The notes beneath the pieces were generated by a model. It worked only from the letters and a program-made list of their open reading frames with translations. It made no database searches and was not told where the DNA came from. This document shows, piece after piece, positions 24,911 to 36,000 of a stretch of 64,000 bases of DNA (position 1 is the stretch's first letter; each line of letters starts with the position of its first letter). Both the position numbers and the translations under genes were made by a program. The DNA comes from Thalia democratica (lineage: Eukaryota), in the NCBI GenBank assembly GCA_965202585.1, contig OZ241832.1, positions 51,894,001-51,958,000 on the forward strand. Reading direction: 5' to 3'.

Positions 24911-26840
24911 TGCTTATAAAGTTTCTTACGAGCTATTACACACAGTTTTTTTTTTTTTGTTATCTACATATTTAAATTTTTAGTAATAAAACAATCAGTT
25001 GAACGATATGAAAATTGAAGGAAAATTAAACTAAACGAAAATTAACAGAATTTAGTGTTTAATAATGTACTATGAATGTTGTTTAGTAACATAAGAACTA
25101 AAAAATATAAAATTTTAAATTAACTTTCAAAAGAAGATAAACAACACTAATAACAAACGTGTGAATACCTGAATTATAGGTTACAACTTCTTTAAAGAAA
25201 GTAAAATGTAATACGCTAAAATGTTTTTACGAATATTTTTTTATAAGTATTTTGTGCTAAAAAAGTAATTTTTATTTTATTTAAAAGTTAAACTTGACCA
25301 GTAAAAACAGTTTTACATTTTAATAACTAAATAAACTATTGTAAAAAAAAAATTTAAGAATTTCAAAGAAGTGATCTTTACAATAACTGAACCTAACTTT
25401 TATAAATGAAAATATGAAAATAAGTACTGTAAAATTTATGCTTTTTACAAAAAAAAAAGCAATAACAGTTTTAACAAATACAAATTTCTCTCTATTTTAA
25501 AATATACTTTTTTTTTGAATACTTGTCCTAGTCTAAAACTGTAATAATAGAAAGCAAGCAACATTTGCAATTATAAAAAAAAAGAAGAATTTTTTCTTTG
25601 ATTTACTCAAAAAATATATATATTTCTTAAAACAAAAAACAAAACTTAAACTGCAGTTTTAGCTGTAATAGAATAAGCTATTTTATTTCAACTAAAATAA
25701 ATCTTTAAGATGATATTATTGGTTAAATTTATTAACAAAATAAAGATCTTTAGCTTCCTTTTAAAAGTCTTTTTTTATGCTACACTAATAGGTTTTGAGT
25801 TAGTAAGAAAAATAGCAAAATAATAAAACTTATAAGAAAAAAAAACTAAAGCAAAATAGCTACTCATTAGTATAACTTTATCCTAAAAATAACTTATGAA
25901 TCGACTTGATAGCTAAACTAGCTTAGCAATTATAAGTCCTTCATTTTTTTAGTAGCTTACAGCATAAATGAGTTAAAAAACTTTTAAACTTAACAAAATT
26001 GTATCAAAAGGAACTAGAAAAGTAGAAACACAACTATCATGCTTGCAGCTGGTACATCTTTTAATGAGCTTTGCAACTGTTCAAATTTTAGTTGCTGATA
26101 AAAATGTGTGAGTAAGTTGTGAAAACATCCGTTTTAAAAATGAGTATCCTAAAAAACAAATAATGTAATAATGGTTTCATAAAAACTTAGTTTAGTTAAA
26201 ACCCTCAAAACATCATTTGTTTTTTAGGGTACTCATTTAATACTAAGTTTTGTTTTTAGCTTGATATGTACAACATTTTCCTACTAGTATTAAACTTAAA
26301 ACCTTAGCTTCAATTTTATTTATATATTTAAACTTGTTATTAAGTACTTTAATTAGTATTAATGTTCTATTAGATATTTAGAAAACAATTAAATTGACAG
26401 TATTTAAGATTTATTTGTAACCTACGTTTAGTTTTACAACAAAACCGCTTGCTTTTCACACGCTTAAACTAAAATTAAAATCTTATAACTTTTTGAAAAA
26501 CATCTCTTAAACTTGTAAATAGTAAATAATATTTTTCTTTTTTAAACAGTTATTTTAAGAAGTATTTGTGAGTGAATTTATAAAAACTAATTTTGTTTAT
26601 GTTTTTGCTAATATTTTTCTACTTTTAAACCATACAATTTGACTAAACCTAGTAATTATTTTCATGAAAATAATAACAACAAAACTTGCTAAAAAAGTTA
26701 TTAGTTATTTTAATATATGTATTCAACTAATAAAAGTAGATTGGCATCATTTTATCTGGTTAATCTTATCATGATTTTAACAACTAGGAAACTCATACGG
26801 AATTCAAGACTGAAATCAAAATATAAGTTTTAGTACATTA

Positions 26841-28260
26841 CAGGGTGAACTTTGGACTAGTTCAAAAACTGTCAGTTTGCACAAAATAGAGAAATAAATA
26901 ATACTAGGAAAAGTTGTACCTATTTTTCAATAAGAGGTTTATTACAAGTTTGTTGGACACAAACAAAAAGGAAAGAATACACTTAAAAAAACTTTGTTTA
27001 AGGACCTAGTGTACAAAAACAAAAACTCTCGTTCATCGCTTAAAATATCATAGGAAAGCAAAGTATTTCTCTGAAAATACCAGCCGAGTTACCAAGTGTT
27101 TTCTGAGGTATTATACTTAAATAAGAGAAAATTACGTTTAGCAAAAATACATTGGTGAGCAACACAAAAAAACCTTTGACCACAGAACCACGCCAAAAAG
27201 TACTTCGGATTCATGTTCAACAACGAAGGAGGTCACGTCATAGTCTTGTTCTAAAATTTTTAAGAAAGGTGTTTGCGCTTGAGCTCTTATTTAAGTGTCG
27301 GATGGCGCTCTATTTGTTGGAAGGTAAAAAGTTGATTTACATAATTATTTTTTCATCTCTTAAACAACTGATAACAAAACATTATTAATTTAGATGTCCG
27401 TGCTAATCTTAACACCCTATTCCACGAAAATCTAAGGTTTACACAGGGATGCCACTTGTTTTTTCAAATTTTTTTCCAAGTTTTCGAAATTTCTTCCATG
27501 TTTTTAAAAGTACACATTTTTGGGTCTATTTTTAGTTTTAAATTAATTTATATTTAAGAAATTGTGTTAAATAATAAAAATATTGAAAAGATACTGTAAA
27601 GTTACTTTAAATGTGTTTTTTAACAAAAAAAAATTTTTGATGATGACAAAAATTCCTAATTATATGATAGATTTTTTGTGTCAAATCAAAATTTTACAAC
27701 TGAAAATGTTAAAATTATTAGAAATTCCAGGTTTTTTGATCAAAATTCCAGGTTTTTTTCAAAATTTTTCAAATTCCAGGTTTTTCCAGGTTATTTTAGC
27801 CTAAATTTTCAAATTCCAGGTTTTTCCAGGTTTCCAGGTAAAGTGCAACCCTGTTTACAAGATTTTGAGGTTGGAGCCCATGCCATGAATGAAAACGGTT
27901 TTTTCAGTACTAGACTGTTTAAAAAGACTCATCGATAACTGTTGAAGGTTTAGTAAGCAACTGTCAACGCAAGCTTTAACCGTTAAAAAAAATCACAAGA
28001 AAAACGATTTATAAAAATTTCTTGCTAGATTTAAAATTTTCAAGAAGTATCTTATGTTCCATGAAATAAGTTTTTTTTTAACTCGTCAAGTATTGTCTCT
28101 TTTTCATTTGCATAACCCTTTCGATGATTCTTCTTTTGAAGTCACACTCATTTCTTTAGTCATTTGTCTTGCAGATCTCTTTGACAGGTTTAATAACTTT
28201 CTCATATCAAGCAGCGGGTAACCTCAGATACACTAAGCTGTTGTGTATATTTTTAATAGC
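26841..28260 (-). mobile_element. Decayed Tc1/mariner-superfamily transposase, interrupted by a MITE
   Basis: Frameshifted remnants: NLSKRSARQMTKEMSV (HTH), SFMAWAPTSKSCKP*IFVE*GVKI (cf. SVMVWAG..GK.PLVF..GVKI), FQQ..APS.T (cf. FQQDGAPSHT) and *PPSLLNMNP (cf. WPPxSPDLNP). TA-CAGGGTG TIR-like end at 26839-26847. I found no opposite TIR. Confidence 0.75.
27444..27853. mobile_element. MITE with CAGGG(A/T)TG(C)CAC-type TIR, copy 1
   Basis: Left end CAGGGATGCCAC, right end GTGCAACCCTG, flanked by the direct repeat TTTACA. Internal AAATTCCAGGTTTTT repeats. Confidence 0.82.
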
Positions 28261-29487
28261 TGTTTAGTATAACTACTTATATTGCAATTTTCATAAATAC
28301 AATTAGTTACACTAGACATTACTTAAATAATGTTTCAAGTTATTATAATACAAAAATAAAATAAACTTTAAAATTGAATGACTTTTAGTTGCCTGTAATT
28401 TAAAACAAAATTAATCTTAATGCATAGATAAACCAACACAGAAACTTAAAAAACCAGGTTTTTTGCTGCACTTCTGAAGGTATATTTTAAAAAAATTTAA
28501 ATACCTTTACATATTTTTTAATTGTGTGACTAAGAGGATTCGATCTTATAGCGTTCAGCTAAGATTTCAATGCCGTTTTTTTTTTTAACCCTCATACCAT
28601 TGCTTAAACTTGAAAAAAGTTCCGTGTGGTATATAAAGTTAAAAGTGATTAAATATATAATTGACCTTACCAATAAGGTTATATAAGTACTTGTAAGATG
28701 GTAATTCTTAATAAAACCTTGTTAAATGTGTCATCATTTTATCTTCAAAATTAGTGCCTAAAAGCTAACTTGTTTGAATTCTCTACTAATTTCAAGTTAT
28801 TTTATTTTGCATTAAGAATTTTATTCAGCTATTTCAGATGTATGAGAGTTTACAAATTCTTCGATTAATCACTCAAAATGAGAACTGTTTTCTTTGAAAA
28901 GTTTGACTAAAATACTGATCAACTTAAAATCCTGCACTTATTTCTTATGTAAATTAAGTTATGGTATTAATTTAAACAACTCAGTAACAAGACATTTAAA
29001 ATTTTTTTTTTACTTGACTAAGAGTTGTTAAAGAAAAGTGGTTTCAAAGGAAAAATTACTTACTGTTCAACAAACAAAATTTTCTTTTGTAGCTCGCACG
29101 TGTAAAGAAGCCCTATAGAAAAATGCCTTTATTAAACAAACAAAGAGCATACTAAACAAATATTATATATGTGAGTGCCAACATATGACGAAGTGTTACC
29201 ACGTTTCAATTAAGTGGCATATTGCCAAATTACTTTTCAATATTTCTAAGTATTTCTAGCATTTTCTGAAGTTCTTATACTTTTTTTAACTGCTCGGAAT
29301 TTTTTTTGTAAACTTGAAGCAATTTTTATTAAATTTTGAATGCAGTTCACGGAAATAACCAAAAGTTAATTTCTTGTCAATGACCAAATAAAAGCTATGA
29401 AAAAAGGTAAGTTTCAATTTAATTTAAAGATATGACGATCTATGTCTCATATATATTAAAAATCCAATTCGATAAAATTTACTTACT

Positions 29488-29759
29488 CAAGGTTGCCAAA
29501 TGTTTTTGGCAAGCTTTCTCCAGGTTTTTAAATGTACACACCTTTGGGTCTATCTTTAACTTAGAAGTTAAATGAATGTAAGAAACTGTGTTAAATAGTA
29601 TAAAAACATTGGAAAGATATTTTTAAGCTACTTAATTGTGTTTTTTAATAAAAACTAAATTTGATGATGACAAACTTTATCTATATGTTAGATATTTAGA
29701 GTCAACTCGAAATTTTACTACTTAACATGTTAAAAATTCCAGGATTTTTGGCAACCCTG
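29488..29759. mobile_element. Same MITE family, copy 2
   Basis: CAAGGTTGCCAAA...TTGGCAACCCTG with an internal body shared with copy 1. Flanks are CTTACT / TTTACT. Confidence 0.78.
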
Positions 29760-30051
29760 TTTACTTCAAAGTTTTAATTCAAAATGAACAAACAACGCAA
29801 CATGTGGCAACTTGCAAAAGCAAGTCAATAATTTAATTGGCTCAAATTTTGCTTCAACGCCTTTAAAACAAAACTGCACATTTGATAAAAATCAAAACCA
29901 AAAAAATGTAAGAGGAACTACAAAAGTAGCACAAATAGAATATAATAGACAGACCTAAATATTCGGAAACAAAAAAAAAGAGAGAGCAAAAGGAATTGCT
30001 TAGCACAGCGTAGGTGGCTGCAAAATAATGTTTCTAACTTAATTAAATAAT

Positions 30052-33000
30052 TTATAATTCGTCCTTCTTGTTGAGTTCTTCTTCTTCTGGTAACTCGTCA
30101 TCTGCGTCTTCTTCAACATCCTCCTAAAAAAATATTATATGTTTAGCATTTTTATCCAGTTTATGTTGATTTTTATTAAGAAATAAAATTACCTGTTTGG
30201 GTTGCTATAAAGAGTTAATCAAAGAAATATTACAACTAAATGAAAATAGAATCTATATTTCTATTTTAGCAATTTATTAAATTATGACAATAGAAAAACA
30301 CTCTTTTAAAAAGGCTTAATAAAAATTGTAGATATACAAATAAGGACACAACTATAAACTTTTCTAAGATACGTCTTACTTTATAAATTTTATCATAAAT
30401 AAAATTTATGCTGAAGGAAATATTAATAGTTTGTATTTCTTTTTTTTACATAATTACTACTCAATATTTCAAAAAATTCTCAAACTTTTCTTTCTGATCT
30501 AAACTTTCAGCGTCCGCAAACATATGATAAATAAAACAGGACAAAAATAAATAAAACAAAATCTGTATAGTCAAAATCTAAAGTTCTTTGTGTTCTGTCT
30601 TCTTCTCCTCTGCAGCTTCCTTCTTCTTGCCCATGAACTCGCCGGCGGCCATCTCGGCGTCCTTCCTCACCGCTTCCTCGGTCGCCTTCTGCATGGCCTC
30701 CTCCGTGTCCTTGCCGTCCAGGCCCATGCCCTTCATCATCATCTCCATCTGCTGCTGCATGCCCTTCATGAAGTCGTCGTCCGAAGGCACCATCTTGTCC
30801 ATCATCTCCGCGAACCACCGGTCCAGTTCCTCCATGTGCTGCGTCTCGTCCGCCTTCTCGTGATCGATCAGGTCCTGTGTGACGTCATAACGAGGTTGAG
30901 ACGGTTATTTGTGAGGTCACTGCAAACCACCGGCACTCCAAAAAGTCTATTTCACGTCAAAACGGAAGACCTAGTCTAAAACTCCATAAAAGAAGAGCTT
31001 TTAGGCATTTCAAGTCTCTACCAAACAGCAACGCAGACATCCTAATGTGACGTCATAATAAACTTTTCGTGTCATTCACGTGACTTTAAACCACCAAGTT
31101 TCTACAATACTTCAAAGTAAAACCCTAGATCTATTCAGATAAACAATCTCAAAAATGTCTACAACTCAAAACATGTTTCTACAAATCATACAAACGTCTA
31201 CAAAAAAAATCTAACATTTTTGCTTACCGTGACGTGCTGTTTGTAAAATGGCTGTAGAACAAAATAATGATAAATAAATAGTAAAAGACTGATACATAAT
31301 TTGATGAAAAATTTTTCTTTACCTCTGTTGGCGGTTCCATACCAGTGTAATGGTTGTGTTCCTACAATTTTTTTAATTTATTCAATTTTTGCCTCAACTT
31401 TCAGAATCTACTCAAACCAACTCATGTCCTCACTGCAAAGAAAACTATCTCTATAGAATATCAAACCACTAACTTTCTAGCTATCAGGAAAATATCAGAA
31501 AAATAATCGGCTAATCAGAAAAAAATATTTCCACAACCGTAAAAATCACCACTACTTTTAAACCTACAAAACTTTCCTTTGACGTAGTAACAATAGATCT
31601 AAACGGTACTTTTTTGATGCAAAGAAAGCATCTAGAACTTTCAAACAATTTATATATATATATATATAACTAAACACCAAACTACGTCTACCTCGTCAAA
31701 CTCTTCGTCTACGTTGGCACTTACGTCGGCTCCGTTCGACCTGACGAACTTTTCCATGGCTTCGACTTCGCGGTCTCCGCTGTAGTCCACAACCTTGTCA
31801 CTTCCCTGTTGGTGTCAATATATAATGAGCATATGTTATTATTCACATTAAGTTATTATATACTAACTATTAATAAGTTTCAATATGCGTTGACAACACT
31901 TAATAGGTTTTAAGTTTAAAATTTAACAGAAAGACGAAATTTAAAAGGTAAATTAAAATGTTTGGCTTTTTTTTTTCTTTTAAAATTAACTGAATTATTT
32001 TATTTTAAAATTATTTCAAGCCAAAAATCTTTTAATTGTGAGAATTAAAATAAATTATTAAAAAATATATATCCGGTTTTTAAGTTTTAAAAATACTTTT
32101 TAATTAGGCGCCAAAAATTTTGAGTCATTTCAGTACAAAGTTTTCTAAAATGCAGCAATAAAGACACGTTTATTTGCCACGCACAAAAGAAAAACTAAAA
32201 CTACGTGTAGGCAGCTAAGAGTTCTATAACTGTGTTTCCGCAAAGCGTGGAGTAATTCAAACAATATTAAAAATATTTTTTGTTTTAAAAATGTTAGTGT
32301 GCGCTGTTAAAAAGCAGCAAACTTACGGATGGGAAGAACTTCAAAGTGGGGAATCCCTGGATCTCGAACTCTGACACCTCGTTGGCGGTGGAGTCCATCT
32401 TGGCGATTATGACGTCATCGTCGTCCTTGAAGGCCTCGCCGAGTTTGTCCCATTTGGGCGCCAGTTGCTTGCAGTGGCCGCACCACGGAGCGTCTAAACG
32501 GAAGCACTAATGACTAATTCTATTCTATGTATTAATACGTGTGTAAGCGAATATTGTGTGTAAGCTAAGGTGTAGTTAGAATTTTAAATATTATATCAGA
32601 GCTGGGACTTGCTATATATATATTATTTTTAGTTTTAAACAGAACCCTTCAATACCTTCAAATACTAATGATTTTTAAAGGCAGTAGTATTTGTAAAAAC
32701 GAAGTTTTAAAAAAATAAACGTTTAGAAATATAAACCTATTTGACACTTTACAAACTAACCAATCTAAATAGTGCATTTTTATATACTAGCTAATTGATG
32801 AATGTTGACTTGTCTTAAAACAATGAAAAACGAGAAAGACAATAGAGTTTAATGAACTTATTCAAAAGGGTACTCGAATATTTCAAGTGCTTTCAAAGTA
32901 AACTGGCCACACTATCATGCAATAAAAAACGTTAAAACTATGCTGCTGTGTTTTTAATGCGTTTTGTAATTTCAGTAACTTAAACAGAGGTTTTATTTAG

Positions 33001-36000
33001 ACAAACTATGACACGTTTTGATTTTTAGAAAAGTGAATGAGCAACTAATCATTTGATTGTAGTCAATTAAATGATACACTAGTTATAAAAATACACCGTT
33101 TGTCAATTTCACTTGAAAGTTTAACAAACACTTTTTGTTACCTTTTGAAAACCACAAAAAGAGAGCTTATTTCTAGATCTATGCTAAAACCTTCTAAAAA
33201 ACCTTCTAAACTGCAACCTACATTTTTTAACGTACTTTCAACGGGTCAAATTTTGGGAAGAAGAGCATTGTGGGGTAAGCGCCCACGAATTTAAACCCGG
33301 GAATGTCATTTTTAGTAGCGTCTATTTTGGCGATGACAACGTCGGGATCTTTTTTGAATTTATCTGCAAGTCGCAGCCATGTGCCGTACATCGCGTGTGA
33401 ATGCTCACACCAAGGCGCGTCTGAACACAACAAGTTGAAAAATCAGTACAATACTTGGAATTAATGAGAAGTATGTTTACTAACTCACAAAATGTATTCT
33501 GTTTATAAATGGCTTGGAAACCAATGAGATGTTCACTTGATTATCTACCTTGCTTATCAACGCAATAAACAGCTAAGCCTTGGATTTTAGTAGAAATTAA
33601 AGTGGAAAATTTATTTTAAGTTCAAAACTTAAGGTCTTATTACAAATGTTAGTCTGTGAACTAATACAAAACTTTGGATAAAATGTGATGTTATTTGATC
33701 TAAATGACGCGTGAAAAACTCACAGAATTCGACGAAGACCTTCTTAGTGGAATCGAAAGCGACCTCCTTGAAGTTCTTTCCGACGAGGACAGAGACAGGG
33801 TTCTTGTTCCAGTCTTCTGGGATCTCTTCCGACATCAAGTGGCGGGCAATTTCTCCGGACATGACTCCGGCGGCGAACTTGGTGACTGCTTCGGCTGACA
33901 AGTCTTGTCCTTCCGGCTTGAACTTAGCCATGTTTTCTGCCATTTTGATCACCCTGTAGGTTGGCACGTCCTTTTCGGAGAGTCCGAAGAATTCCATCAC
34001 TCTCTTGTTCTCCTCGACGTCAGAGTCGATGTAGATGAACAACATCTGTTGGTGAAAATTTGTTTTATTGTTTAGTTTGTGTACACTGGTATTCAAATTT
34101 AAATCACTAGTTTTTAAACTTTGATGAAAATGGATAACAATTTTTTATATGTGAAATTAAAATAGTTAAGTCCCTTAGAGTACGTCCTAAAAAAACTTCC
34201 AAGTTTTCAAATGTACAATGTGTTACTGAGGTTAAGTTGCCACTCACCTTTCCTTTGAACTCCTTGGCGGCAGTCCTGAAAGCGTCGGTCTGAGCTTTGA
34301 ACTCTTCAGACTTTTTGGAGAGGAAGAGAAGTGCGTGGTTCTGGATATCTCCACCGAAGATTTTGGGGGCAGACTGTTTTGAGTTGGAAATCATTTACTT
34401 GCTTCATTGTTTTTTTTTTACTTTTATATTTTCAGAATTAGTAACTTCTGTTTATATTAGAAAAAATTGTCTTTCTTTTTGTAAATAATTTCAACAAATG
34501 AATATGTTTATACTTAGTTATTCCTATACTATGATATAATACTTTTTGGTTCAAAATTTTTTTTTTTTCATTTTGTTTAAAGTTTTTACGTTTTAACTAA
34601 TAAGTCACACTTTAAATCACACAACTATTGAAAATATTTTCTAATAAGCAACCACTATCAAAAAAAAACAACAAAAATTCTAACCAACAGCAATTTAAAA
34701 ATTTTTAATTAACATTTGAAAGTAACTTTGACATAAGTGCCATTCAACAAACAAAATATTAAAGCTGTTAAAATTTGTTTGGACTTGAAATTTTAAAATT
34801 TTTAGTCACACTAACCTCGCTGGTGAATTCAGAGAGAAGAGCGATCTGGTTTCCTTTGACGAATTTGGCAAGGTCATCGGCGATGGCACCTTCGAAGTCA
34901 GCGCGTCCTTCGTCGAACTAACACCACAAATAAAAATAAGCAAAAAAAACTACTAAAAATCAACACTTCTACTAATAAAATATCTACAAAGTTCACAGCA
35001 TTCTCAGGTCACGTTAGAACCTTATCTGAGAACTCTTCTAGCAGCGGGTGCTGCTCCCCTTTAATGTCAACTATTAAGTTGTCTCCGCTTTTGTAAATGG
35101 CAGAAAGTGAACCCTAGGTTTTTACTTAAAAATGAAATACATAAAAAGTGGAGAAAGTGTTTACTTCCACAAGTAGTTAGTGTTATGAAGAGTATACATT
35201 TTTTATAAAAGTATCTATTATAAAAGTGGCTTCCAATCAAAAACAAGTTGAAAATTATTTTCATTCAATTTATTAAAAACTGTGACAAAATTTCTCATAA
35301 ATACCTTTTTGAAGACAGCAACTTTGCCAAGTTCAAGACCGGCAGCCTTGGCGGTGGCAGCATCAGAGACTACAAAGAATGGGACATCATCGAAAGAATC
35401 AGCAACCTTGGTGAAAGCTGCACCTTCTTCACTTGATGGATCCTAGTTAAATTTTGATTTTATTATTTACACATTTTATTATTTAGCTGTTATTAATACT
35501 ACTTATTAAACTATCAAGTTTACTTTAAGTAGTTAATCTTTTAAGTTGTATTTTGTGAGATTTAAATAAGTTTGATAGCAACTAATCTTACATATATTTT
35601 TTTATTGTTAACCATTTATGGATGTTCAAGTGTTGTTAAATAAAATTACATAACTAACGAAATATGTAAAGTACTGTGTTTAATCTCTAGGGTTCTAATA
35701 CATTTAGTCAGAAAAAAGTTGTCTATAGATAATTTAAATGTAAAAAGGAAGTAAGAGAAGGATGTTATGATAAATGAGCCACATGACTACTAGAAATTAC
35801 CAATAAGTTATATCAACTAACAGCAAAGTATCCGACAACAGCAACTTCATTGGCGTCCTTAGCCTTGTTGAGGGCTTCTTCTCCGGACAATGGGGTTGTT
35901 GGTGGTCCGGTCTTTTTCTTGAGCCAGTTGACAATGTCAGCAGATTGACGTCCACCTATTGTTAATGAGTTTAAATAATTACAAGAATAAATTTTCTTAA

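Noticed and set aside
27084-27230. Apparent plus-strand exons (PSYQVFSE; NHAKKYFGFMFNNEG)
   Set aside because: Better explained as the antisense of the decayed mariner WPPxSPDLNP region, and no further exons join.
32858-32911. [12 protein letters not shown] as an alternative version of PDI exon 31805
   Set aside because: It lacks the VVDY part, has no in-phase donor and ends in a stop. The similarity is marginal.
34990-35113. Multi-hairpin intronic ncRNA (snRNA/snoRNA-like)
   Set aside because: No match to snRNA features I can recognise. The sequence is explained by the alternative PDI b-domain exon.
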